This document shows positions 52,841 through 64,000 of a stretch of DNA of 64,000 nucleotides, piece after piece. The notes below the pieces were generated by a model that saw only the letters and a list, made by a program, of their open reading frames with translations, was not told the origin of the DNA and made no database searches. Made by a program: the position numbers and the translations under genes. This DNA is from Methanothermococcus sp. SCGC AD-155-E23 (GTDB taxonomy: Archaea; AGJL01; Methanococci; Methanococcales; Methanococcaceae), in contig JAHEQA010000004.1 in assembly GCA_019561615.1 (NCBI GenBank), positions 5,231 to 69,230 of the forward strand, in the 5' to 3' direction. The stretch's first letter is position 1; each line of letters begins with the position of its first letter.

Positions 52841-54016
52841 ATGATACTCTTTAAGGCCGACTACAGAAAGTACTCTGTTCCCCAGCTGGAGAGGTTGAGA
52901 TTTAAGGAGGAGGACTTCTACAGGAGGTACAACCACTGTGTACTACTACAGACCTGTAACAGGGTGGAGGTATACTTCGACCCAGAGGTTGAGAACCTAG
53001 AGGATCTAAAGGAGGACTTCAAAGACTTTGAATTGATAGAGGGGGATGAGGCCATTCTCCACCTACTGAGGTTGGCTTCAGGACTTGAATCCATGATAGT
53101 TGGAGAGGATCAGATACTTGGCCAGATAAAAAAGAGCTACCACACTGCAAAGAGCTATGGAAAAACTACAAGGTATCTAGATACTGTCTTCCTTAAGAGC
53201 ATCCATACAGGACAGAGGGTAAGGTCTGAAACTAAGATTAACAGGGGGAAGGTATCCGTTGCAAGTGCCGCCATAGAACTCCTGGAGAAAACTGTGGGAT
53301 TGGATAATAAAAATATCCTGGTGATAGGTGCTGGGGAGATAGGGACCCTGGTAGGTAAGGTACTCATAGAGAAGAAGATAAGAGCTATATTCGTTGCAAA
53401 CAGAACATACGAGAGGGCTGAGAGACTGGCAAAGAAACTGGGAGGGATGGCTGTACACTTTGACAAATTGAAGGAGGCCCTTAACTTCTGTGATATTATT
53501 ATCTGTGCAACGGCATCACCCCACAAGATCCTGGATAAGGAGATACTCAGGGATGTTAAAGGGGAGAAGATAATTGTAGATATTGCCAATCCAAGGGATG
53601 TAGATGACAACGTGAGGGAGCTTCCAAATGTTAAGCTGTACACCATAGACGACTTAAAACTTGTGGCCCAGGAGAACTTGGAGAGGAGAAAGAGGGAGAT
53701 ACCTGCTGTGGAGAGGATTATAGAGGAGGAGTTCTCCATCCTTAAAAGAAAGCTAGAAAAACTTAACCTTGAACATCTTATCAAGGACTATAGAAGTTAT
53801 ATAGAGGGGATAAGGAAGAGGGAGTTGGAGAAGGCCCTGAAAAAAATAAGATGTGGAAGGGATCCAGAGGAGGTTTTAATTAAGTTTTCAGAGGTGTTTG
53901 CAAAGAGGTTACTCCACGACTTCATAGAGGTTATAGAGAGGGATGGGATAGACAGGGATGTTTTAAGGGATATGGTCACCCTGTTAAAAAAGGGTAGTTA
54001 TAAGGTGAAAAATTGA
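52841..54016 (+). CDS. hemA: Glutamyl-tRNA reductase
   Basis: TCNRVE, SGLESMIVGEDQILGQ, GAGEIG, DIANPRD. Confidence 0.95.
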   Translation: MILFKADYRKYSVPQLERLRFKEEDFYRRYNHCVLLQTCNRVEVYFDPEVENLEDLKEDFKDFELIEGDEAILHLLRLASGLESMIVGEDQILGQIKKSYHTAKSYGKTTRYLDTVFLKSIHTGQRVRSETKINRGKVSVASAAIELLEKTVGLDNKNILVIGAGEIGTLVGKVLIEKKIRAIFVANRTYERAERLAKKLGGMAVHFDKLKEALNFCDIIICATASPHKILDKEILRDVKGEKIIVDIANPRDVDDNVRELPNVKLYTIDDLKLVAQENLERRKREIPAVERIIEEEFSILKRKLEKLNLEHLIKDYRSYIEGIRKRELEKALKKIRCGRDPEEVLIKFSEVFAKRLLHDFIEVIERDGIDRDVLRDMVTLLKKGSYKVKN

Positions 54017-54549
54017 GGGATATAGAGAAGTTAAGGGAGAAGTTGATACACTTCTTAAAGGAGAGTGGATGTATTAAATTTGGGGACTTCCTCCTGTCCT
54101 CTGGAAGGAGGAGCAACTACTACGTAGATATTAAGAGGGCTGTTACAAATCCAGAGATATTAAAGATCATAGCAGAGATGATAGGACACTATATTAAGGG
54201 ACTTGAGGGGAAAATTGGAGGGATTGAGTTAGGTTCTGTACCTATAGCCACTGCAGTATCCCTGGAGACAGGTAGGGAGCTGGTTATAATACGTAAAAAG
54301 CCCAAGGGCTATGGTACTGGAAAGATGGTGGAGGGGGAGTTAAGGGAGGGGGATAGAGTAATCCTCGTGGAAGATGTGACTACAACAGGGGGAAGTGTTA
54401 TAAGGGCTGTAGAGGTGATCAGATCCCTGGGAGGGGTTGTAGATAAGGTGTTTGTAGTGGTGGATAGGGGAGAGGGGGCTAGGGAGAACTTGGGGAGAAT
54501 TGGAGTTGAATTGATACCCCTGGTTACCGTGGATAAGTTGAAGGATTAA
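54013..54549 (+). CDS. pyrE: Orotate phosphoribosyltransferase
   Basis: FGDF.LSSG..S.YY.D, RKKPKGYG, VEDVTTTGGS. Confidence 0.95.
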   Translation: MRDIEKLREKLIHFLKESGCIKFGDFLLSSGRRSNYYVDIKRAVTNPEILKIIAEMIGHYIKGLEGKIGGIELGSVPIATAVSLETGRELVIIRKKPKGYGTGKMVEGELREGDRVILVEDVTTTGGSVIRAVEVIRSLGGVVDKVFVVVDRGEGARENLGRIGVELIPLVTVDKLKD

Positions 54550-54569
54550 TAATTCAATGAGGGCTCTCT

Positions 54570-54923
54570 ATGGAACCTTGGATCTTAAAGAAGAGAAGTA
54601 AATGCTACAACTGCGGCCAACTTGTAGACCATATAATAGAGATCTACCCCAATCAGGTCTTTGTCAGGTGCTCCAACTGTAAAATTACCAGGTGCTATGT
54701 TATCAAGACCGTCTACATCGATAGAGGGGATGTAATAGAGGAGGAGAAGGTTAAGAGATACCTTTACGATAACTGGTTGTTGGAGAAGGAGGCTGAATGC
54801 TCCAACTGTAAGAGACATACCTTCCACGATATTCTAATTACAGTGGCAGGTGTATTCATACGATGTAGGAGTTGTAAATTCACAAGGTATTACAGGTTTT
54901 ACGTGATATACAGGGAGGGGTAA
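54570..54923 (+). CDS. Tandem double Zn-ribbon protein
   Basis: Two copies of W.L.K...CxNC-x5-H...VF.RCxxCK.TR.Y. Confidence 0.75.
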   Translation: MEPWILKKRSKCYNCGQLVDHIIEIYPNQVFVRCSNCKITRCYVIKTVYIDRGDVIEEEKVKRYLYDNWLLEKEAECSNCKRHTFHDILITVAGVFIRCRSCKFTRYYRFYVIYREG

Positions 54924-54930
54924 AGATAGT

Positions 54931-54946
54931 TGTGCGTTTTTGCACA
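54931..54946. promoter_or_regulatory. Putative operator palindrome upstream of the cdc48 promoter
   Basis: TGTGC-N6-GCACA just upstream of BRE/TATA-like CAAAGTATTTATATA. Confidence 0.4.
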
Positions 54947-55046
54947 CAAAAACAAAGTATTTATATAGAAGTTCAAAGGCATAGTTATCACAAAGTAAGT
55001 TATATAAAATCTAAGATTAATAGTCTTATAATGTATTTTTATTTGA

Positions 55047-57254
<2,208 letters not shown>

Positions 57255-57264
57255 TACCTCTTTT

Positions 57265-57948
57265 TTACCCTTCTAACATACTTTTAAACATTTTAAGTCC
57301 ATCTGTGGAACCAAGTATTTTCTCCGAAGCTCTCTCGGGGTGGGGCATCAGTAGAACACAGTTACCCCTCTCGTTGCATACCCCAGCTATGTTATCTATG
57401 GAACCGTTGGGATTTGCATCCTCTGTTATCTCCCCATCTTCGTTACAGTACTTAAATACAATCATCTTTTTCCTGTACATCTCCTGAAGACCATCTTCGT
57501 CTATGTAGAACCTTCCCTCCCTATGGGCTATAGGCATCCTTATAACCTCTCCTTTTTTATACCCCCTTGTAAAGGGTGTTTTGTTGTTCTCCACTCTAAG
57601 GTAGACCCACTTGCATATAAATCTCCAGTTGATATTGTTTGTCATTGCACCCTTTGAAAATCCAGCTTCCAATCCAATCTGGGCACCGTTACATATACCT
57701 AAAACTGGTTTTCCCATATCAATCATCTTTCTCAGTCCCTCTATTACAGGGGTCCTTGCACCTATGGCACCGGCCCTGAGGTAGTCTCCATAGGAGAAAC
57801 CTCCAGGGATAACTGCACCGTCAAATCTACTTAGATCCCTCTCAGTAAACCATACAATCTCTGGATTCCCCCCTGCCAGTTTGATACTACGGGAGACATC
57901 CTCCTCACAGTTGGTACCTAGGAACTTTATCACAGCTATATTCTTCAT
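57265..57948 (-). CDS. purQ: FGAM synthase glutaminase subunit
   Basis: PGGFSYGDYLRAG, GICNG, PNGS, MPHPER. Confidence 0.96.
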   Translation of the reverse strand: MKNIAVIKFLGTNCEEDVSRSIKLAGGNPEIVWFTERDLSRFDGAVIPGGFSYGDYLRAGAIGARTPVIEGLRKMIDMGKPVLGICNGAQIGLEAGFSKGAMTNNINWRFICKWVYLRVENNKTPFTRGYKKGEVIRMPIAHREGRFYIDEDGLQEMYRKKMIVFKYCNEDGEITEDANPNGSIDNIAGVCNERGNCVLLMPHPERASEKILGSTDGLKMFKSMLEG

Positions 57949-58036
57949 CCTCTCACACCTTTAAGATATTATACCCCTAAATATTATAAGTAGGCTTGAA
58001 ATAAAAATAACTATCACAATTAACGACGGGATAGCT

Positions 58037-60901
58037 ATGGCAGTAGATTTCGTTAAAATCAGTGAGAAGTGGCAGAAGAGATGGGAGAAGGATAAGATAT
58101 TCCAGGTAGATGGAGGAGATCCAGAGGATAAGAACAAGTTTTTTATCACTGCAGCCTTTCCCTACCTTAACGGTGTACTCCACGCTGGACATCTAAGGAC
58201 ATTCACCATACCAGAGGTTGTTGCAAGGTATCAGAGGATGAAGGGTAAGAGGGTACTCTGGACCATGGGATACCATGTAAGTGGAACACCTATACTAGGT
58301 CTGGCAGAGCTAATAAGGAAGAGGGATGAGAGGACACTAAAGGCCTACAGTGAATTGCACAAGATACCCATGGAGGTACTTCTAAAGTTGGATACTCCAG
58401 AGGCTATAGTGGAGTACTTCTCCAAGAGGGCAACTAGAGCCTTTAAGAAGATGGGGTTCTCCTTTGACTGGAGGAGGAACTTTACAACAGACGATGAAAC
58501 CTTTAAGAAATTTGTAGAGTGGCAGTTTCTAAGGTTGAAGGAGAAGGGCTATATAAGAAGAGGTTCCCACCCAGTGAGATACTGTCCAAGTTGTGACAAC
58601 CCAGTGGAGGATCACGACCTCCTAGAGGGGGAGGATGCAACACTTGTCGAGTATATACTTATCAAGTTTAAGGGTAAGATAGAGTTAGATGGGAGGGAGG
58701 AGGAGTGTATAGTACCTATGGCTACCCTTAGACCAGAGACTGTCTTTGGAGTGGTAAATGCCTGGGTAAATCCAGAGGGTAAGTATGTGGTGGCCAAGGT
58801 GTACATGGAGGTTGAGGAGGGTAAATTGGAGTATAGGGGGATATGGATAGTAAGTGAGGAGGCTGCCGAGAAGTTGAGAAATCAGGGTAGAGTTGTAGAG
58901 GTGATTAAGGAGATTAAAGGGGAGGAACTTGTTGGGAAGACTGTTGTAAACCCTGTAAACAACAGGGAGGTGCCAATATACCCTGCTAAATTTGTAGATA
59001 CCTCTGTGGGGACAGGGTTTGTCATGAGTGTCCCTGCCCATGCACCCTACGACTACGTAGCCCTCAGGGACTACTATAGAAGTATAGGGAGGGAGTTAAA
59101 GGAGGAGGATCTCATACCCCTTATAAAGTTGGAGAACTACGGGAAGTACCCTGCAAAGGAGATTGTAGAGAGGATGGGTATAAAGAGCCAGGAGGAGAGG
59201 AAGAAGTTGGAGGAGGCCACATCTAAAATCTACAGAGAGGAGTATCACAAGGGGGTACTTAACGAGAACTGTGGGGAGTACAGTGGTATGCCTGTTAAAG
59301 AGGCTAAGGAGATCATAACAAGGGATCTCCTAGAGAGGGGGATTGGAGAGATACTTTACGAGTTTTCAGAGCCCAATGTTATCTGTAGATGTGGGACTAG
59401 ATGTATTGTGAAGTTAGTTAAGGGTCAGTGGTTTATTACCTACTCAGATGAGAAGTGGAAGAAATTAGCCCATAGATGTGTAGATATGATGGAGTTCATT
59501 CCAGAATCCCTTAGGAAGGAGTTCCACAACAAGATAGACTGGATGAAGGATAAGGCATGTGCCAGGAGGAGGGGACTTGGTACAAGGCTGCCCTTTGACA
59601 GGGAGTGGGTTATAGAGAGTCTATCAGACAGTACCATCTATATGGCCTACTACACCATAGCAAAGACTATAAATATACACAACATTAGGGAGGAGCAACT
59701 ACTACCTCAACTCTTCGACTACATATTCTACGGTAGGGGAGATATAGAGGAGATCTCAAAAATGACTGAGATCCCCAGGGAGCTTATAGAGGAGATGAGG
59801 AGGGAGTTCCTATACTTCTACCCCCTAGACTGGAGGTGCTCCGCCAAGGACCTTATATCCAACCACCTAACCTTTATGATATTCAACCATGTAGCCCTCT
59901 TCCCAGAGGAGTTCTGGCCTAGAGGTATAGTGGTAAATGGATATGTAACTATAGAGGGTGAGAAACTTTCAAAGTCCAAGGGACCTCTACTTCCAATGGA
60001 GGAAGTTGCAGAGAAGTATGGACCAGATGTTGGAAGGTTCTACATCACCACATGTGCAGAGCTCCCCCACGATGCAGATATAAAGTTTAAGGAGATGGAG
60101 AAGGTTAGGGATAATTTGGAGAGATTCTATCACTTTGCCCAGGAGTTGGTGGATGTCTCTTCAGAGGATATTAACTATGAGGATTTAAGTATTATAGACA
60201 GGTGGCTCCTCCACAGACTCCATAAGGCTATAAAACTTGCAGATGAGTCCTACAGTACCTTCCAACTTAGGAAGGTAGGTGTACTCTTCTACCAGTTGAT
60301 CAACGACTTAAAATGGTATAGGAGGAGAGGTGGAGATAACAGGGAGCTGCTGAGGTTGGTGGTAGAGACATGGGCAAAGATCCTGGCTCCAATGACACCT
60401 CACCTCTGTGAGGAGATATGGGAGCTTTTTGGGAAGAAATCCTATATCTCCCTGGAGACCTTCCCAGTGGCAGAGGATAGATATATAGATGATACCCTGG
60501 AGTTGGGAGAGGAGTTTTTAGCCTCCACCATAGAGGATATAAGGAGGATAATTGAGATAGCAAAGATAAAACCTAAAAAGATATACCTTTACACCGCAGA
60601 TCCCTGGAAGTACCAGGTACTTAAAATAATGAATGAGAACAGGGACAAGAGTGCTAAGGAGTTAATATCTATAGTGATGAAGGATCCAGAGCTTAGAAGG
60701 TATGGAAAAGAGGTAGTAAAACTGATAAGGGAACTTATGGAGATGGGTGTGAAACCTGTCATCGATGAAGAGAAGATACTTAGAGATGGTAAGTCCCTAA
60801 TTGAGAGGGAGTTTGGATGTGAGGTTATAATAAATGGTGAGGATAAGGGGAATAAGAAGAGACAGGCTATACCCTACAGGGTGGCTATATATCTGGAATA
60901 A
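58037..60901 (+). CDS. leuS: Leucyl-tRNA synthetase
   Basis: FPYLNGVLHAGH, ATLRPET, SVPAHAP, IESLSDSTIY, KLSKSKG. Confidence 0.96.
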   Translation: MAVDFVKISEKWQKRWEKDKIFQVDGGDPEDKNKFFITAAFPYLNGVLHAGHLRTFTIPEVVARYQRMKGKRVLWTMGYHVSGTPILGLAELIRKRDERTLKAYSELHKIPMEVLLKLDTPEAIVEYFSKRATRAFKKMGFSFDWRRNFTTDDETFKKFVEWQFLRLKEKGYIRRGSHPVRYCPSCDNPVEDHDLLEGEDATLVEYILIKFKGKIELDGREEECIVPMATLRPETVFGVVNAWVNPEGKYVVAKVYMEVEEGKLEYRGIWIVSEEAAEKLRNQGRVVEVIKEIKGEELVGKTVVNPVNNREVPIYPAKFVDTSVGTGFVMSVPAHAPYDYVALRDYYRSIGRELKEEDLIPLIKLENYGKYPAKEIVERMGIKSQEERKKLEEATSKIYREEYHKGVLNENCGEYSGMPVKEAKEIITRDLLERGIGEILYEFSEPNVICRCGTRCIVKLVKGQWFITYSDEKWKKLAHRCVDMMEFIPESLRKEFHNKIDWMKDKACARRRGLGTRLPFDREWVIESLSDSTIYMAYYTIAKTINIHNIREEQLLPQLFDYIFYGRGDIEEISKMTEIPRELIEEMRREFLYFYPLDWRCSAKDLISNHLTFMIFNHVALFPEEFWPRGIVVNGYVTIEGEKLSKSKGPLLPMEEVAEKYGPDVGRFYITTCAELPHDADIKFKEMEKVRDNLERFYHFAQELVDVSSEDINYEDLSIIDRWLLHRLHKAIKLADESYSTFQLRKVGVLFYQLINDLKWYRRRGGDNRELLRLVVETWAKILAPMTPHLCEEIWELFGKKSYISLETFPVAEDRYIDDTLELGEEFLASTIEDIRRIIEIAKIKPKKIYLYTADPWKYQVLKIMNENRDKSAKELISIVMKDPELRRYGKEVVKLIRELMEMGVKPVIDEEKILRDGKSLIEREFGCEVIINGEDKGNKKRQAIPYRVAIYLE

Positions 60902-61276
60902 TTATTTCTCCTCTATTTTTTCAACGTACATAAGTGGATAATTTAATTCTTCAATATACTTCAACCTTAGAGAGGCTACTGTGTTCTCCACCTTTACCTT
61001 CAACTTAACATCTAACATCTTCCCCTCCAGGGATATGTACTCATCCTCCTTTAAATCCCCAACTATTTTCACCGATATATCCTGGACACAGGGTTGATTC
61101 CTCATGGATTCCTCTATAGCCCTCTCCAGTATCTCCCTGTTCTTTAAACTTACAGGGGTGCCTACAAATTGATGAAAGAGGGCTCCCAGGGTGATACCCC
61201 CTTCAAATACTGCCCTCTCCCTAGGGGTGAGGTTTTTAAAATAGCTTTTAAATAGCTCTCTCTCCTCCACCCTCAT
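60902..61276 (-). CDS. mptD: Archaeal dihydroneopterin aldolase
   Basis: RERAVFEGGITLGALFHQFVGTP, YPLMY. Confidence 0.85.
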   Translation of the reverse strand: MRVEERELFKSYFKNLTPRERAVFEGGITLGALFHQFVGTPVSLKNREILERAIEESMRNQPCVQDISVKIVGDLKEDEYISLEGKMLDVKLKVKVENTVASLRLKYIEELNYPLMYVEKIEEK

Positions 61277-61292
61277 CAGTATACACCAGAGT

Positions 61293-63242
61293 TTATCTAA
61301 CCTTACTCCCTACAGGTATATCCCTGTCAGGTACTAGGAGTGCTACATTCTCCTCTCCTCCTGCCAGTATCATACCCTGGGACTCTACACCACATAACTT
61401 GGCAGGTTTTATATTACAGAGTACTACTACCTTCTTACCTATAAGTTCCTCTGGGGTGTAGTGACCCTTTATACCTGCAACTATCTGTCTCTTCTCATCT
61501 CCAATGTCCACTATCAACTTTAAAAGCTTCTTTGATTTAGGTATCTCCTCTGCCTCCAGTATCTGACCTATTCTAAGATCTAGTTTTCCAAAGTCTTCAA
61601 TTGTTATCATACTCTCCTCCTTTTTATCTTTAATATTGAGAATCTCCCTCTTAGCCCTTTCTACCTCTTTATCCTCTACTTTTTTAAATACAACCTTTAC
61701 CTTCTTTAACTCCCTACCCCTTACCTCTAGATCCAACTCCTCATTCATGATGTCCAGGATTTCCATACACTTGTTAGGCATGAAGGGGTAGAGAAGGTAC
61801 ACTATGTACTTCACAGCAACACCACAGGTGTAAAGGATCTCCTCAAGTCTCTCCTTCTCCTTAACATTCCAGGGTTCCATCCTTTGGAAGTAGTTGTTAC
61901 CCTCCTGTGCAAGGTGGATAATATCCATAAGTGCCTCCTTGAAGTTAAACTCCATTATGTGTCTATGGTATCTCTCCCTTATCTCCTCACATCTCTCCAT
62001 TAATTTTAAGTCTTCCTCCTTTAACCTCTCCCTCTCTACCTTTACCATCCTCTTGAATTTCCTGTGGGTAAATACAAGTGTCCTGTGAATGAAGTTCCCT
62101 ATAATTGCAATTAACTCAGTGTTTATCCTCTTCTGAAACTCCTCAAAGGAGAAATCACAGTCCTTGTTCAGAGGGGCGTTAATCATGAGGAAGTATCTAA
62201 GGTAATCTGGATGGAAGTACCTGACAAAGTCCTTCACCCATACAACCCATCTCTTACTTGTACTCATCTTTTTCTTCTCCAGGGTTAGATAGCCTCCACT
62301 TATTATGGAGGTTGGAAGGTTGTATTCCCCATGGGCTATTAACATACCTGGCCAGAAGACTGAATGATGAATGACGATATCCTTTCCTATGAAGTGCCAT
62401 ATATTCACATCTTTACCTCTCTCCTTCAACCAGTAATCCTTCCATATATCCCCCAACATCTTTGTAAAGGATATGTATCCAATTGGTGCCTCCAGCCATA
62501 CGTACATAACCTGGCTACTGTCATCTGGTAGTGGAACACCCCACTCCATATCCCTGGAGATGTCCCAGTCATGGAGTTCCTCTATCCATCTGTAGGCCAT
62601 ATTTTTAACGTAATCTGGCATCTTGGAGTTTTTAATGTACTCCCTTAACTCCTTAGCCAGGGCACTTAATTTAAAGAATCTATGTTTAGTCCTCCTTATC
62701 TCCGGGGTACCTTTACAGATTACACAGTAGGGATCTATCAACTTGGTAGGTTCTAGATGCCTTCCACATACCTCACAGTGATCTCCCCTGGCCTCACCTT
62801 TACAGTAGGGGCAGATACCCTCTACATATCTATCTGCTAAGAACTTCTTACAATGGGGACAGTAGAATTGCTCAATCTCCTTCTCGTAGATATAGCCATT
62901 CTCCTTTAATTTTAGATAGAACTCCTGGGCAGTCTTTATATGGATGTCACTGTGGGTCTTCCCAAAACTGTCATACTCAATACTTAAACTATCAAGATCC
63001 CTCTTTATCTCCCTGTGATACCTGTTTACAATCTCCTCGGGACTGACACCCTCCCTCTCTGCTATGATGGTAATTGGAACCCCGTGGTTGTCAGTACCTC
63101 CAACGTGTATGACCTCCTTACCTATCATCTTCAGGTACCTTCTCATAACATCTGCAGGTATGTAGGTACTTCTCACATGTCCTAGATGTAGTGGCCCGTT
63201 GGTATATGCCAGGGCACTTGTAATTAAGTACTTCTCACCCAT
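61293..63242 (-). CDS. metG: Methionyl-tRNA synthetase
   Basis: [10 protein letters not shown], Zn knuckles, KMSTS, C-terminal tRNA-binding domain. Confidence 0.96.
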   Translation of the reverse strand: MGEKYLITSALAYTNGPLHLGHVRSTYIPADVMRRYLKMIGKEVIHVGGTDNHGVPITIIAEREGVSPEEIVNRYHREIKRDLDSLSIEYDSFGKTHSDIHIKTAQEFYLKLKENGYIYEKEIEQFYCPHCKKFLADRYVEGICPYCKGEARGDHCEVCGRHLEPTKLIDPYCVICKGTPEIRRTKHRFFKLSALAKELREYIKNSKMPDYVKNMAYRWIEELHDWDISRDMEWGVPLPDDSSQVMYVWLEAPIGYISFTKMLGDIWKDYWLKERGKDVNIWHFIGKDIVIHHSVFWPGMLIAHGEYNLPTSIISGGYLTLEKKKMSTSKRWVVWVKDFVRYFHPDYLRYFLMINAPLNKDCDFSFEEFQKRINTELIAIIGNFIHRTLVFTHRKFKRMVKVERERLKEEDLKLMERCEEIRERYHRHIMEFNFKEALMDIIHLAQEGNNYFQRMEPWNVKEKERLEEILYTCGVAVKYIVYLLYPFMPNKCMEILDIMNEELDLEVRGRELKKVKVVFKKVEDKEVERAKREILNIKDKKEESMITIEDFGKLDLRIGQILEAEEIPKSKKLLKLIVDIGDEKRQIVAGIKGHYTPEELIGKKVVVLCNIKPAKLCGVESQGMILAGGEENVALLVPDRDIPVGSKVR

Positions 63243-64000
63243 GATTTCCCTCGTATATTCTACAGGTTATAGGGTTTCTAAGTATAGATAGGACATCCTC
63301 TATCTCCTCCTCTGTACATAGGACAAAGAGGGTGTTTCCAAGCATGGCCTGGGAGGCTCCCCTGGTAAAACTAAGATCCTCACATAGGGAGAGTATCTCC
63401 TCAGATGCCAAACCACTCTCCCTTGCAAATGTATAGGATAGTCTCATGAAGTTCTCCAACGTTGGATCCTTTAATATCTCTTTTAAAAGTCTACTCCCTA
63501 CCCTGTTTATCCTCTCAATCCACCTGGGATCCTCTATAATATCCCTGGTCTCCTTCCTTCCAAGTACCTCGAGGACTATATAGTATCTCTCCCCCTCCCC
63601 TATATTAATTTTCTTTACCTCTGGAGGAAAACCTGGTTTCCTCCTTATGACAAATCCTCCAAAGTACTGGCCTATTACATCTCCAAGGCCAGTTCCACAT
63701 CTCACCTCACTTATATGGGCTACCTTCAACAACTCCAACTCATCCCTCTGGGGATCTACCACCCTCCCTAACTCGTAGGCACATCCCAGGGCACAGGCTC
63801 CAGAGATACCTAAACCACAACCTAGGGGAAGTTGGGACCTATGTATAACGTCGTACCCCTCTACACCTATATTTTTCATAACCTCCCTGGTAGGGCATAG
63901 ATCCATCTCCCTACCGTTGAAGTATATCCTTCCCTTACCTCTTCTCACCTCTGTAATCACCCCCCTATCCACAGTTATCCCTGCCCCAGTTGAACCTGTC
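63235..64000 (-). CDS. Pantoate kinase (GHMP family), 5' truncated by window edge
   Basis: GSTGAGIT at the edge, [24 protein letters not shown]. Confidence 0.85.
   Translation of the reverse strand, partial: TGSTGAGITVDRGVITEVRRGKGRIYFNGREMDLCPTREVMKNIGVEGYDVIHRSQLPLGCGLGISGACALGCAYELGRVVDPQRDELELLKVAHISEVRCGTGLGDVIGQYFGGFVIRRKPGFPPEVKKINIGEGERYYIVLEVLGRKETRDIIEDPRWIERINRVGSRLLKEILKDPTLENFMRLSYTFARESGLASEEILSLCEDLSFTRGASQAMLGNTLFVLCTEEEIEDVLSILRNPITCRIYEGNHG

Overview
Archaeal window from a thermophilic Methanococcales-type methanogen. This is inferred from mch, the selenocysteine-recoded hdrA-vhuDGAUB operon with 3'-UTR SECIS hairpins, hacA, and MCM with the ITDPGIGKS Walker A. Most of it is housekeeping: two ribosomal protein clusters (rpl3..rps19 and rpl22..secY), leuS, metG, cdc48, cofactor and amino acid genes, tRNA-Trp with a BHB intron, tRNA-Ile and one box C/D sRNA. 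The first ~2 kb is accessory: the 3' end of an extra MCM paralog, a deleted IS607 (tnpA+tnpB) remnant and a frameshifted small gene built like a spindle-shaped-virus major capsid protein, together suggesting the edge of a decayed provirus. The most notable signal is a second, protein-free copy of the IS607/TnpB right-end (omegaRNA-like) structure with covarying stems, lying right after the hdrA SECIS inside the hdrA-vhu operon. Several genes are missed or split by the ORF track (HdrA, VhuD, VhuU, uS14, a Zn-ribbon protein, a 59-aa membrane protein, and the probable ATT start of MoeA). All family calls are from recognition of sequence motifs, not database searches.
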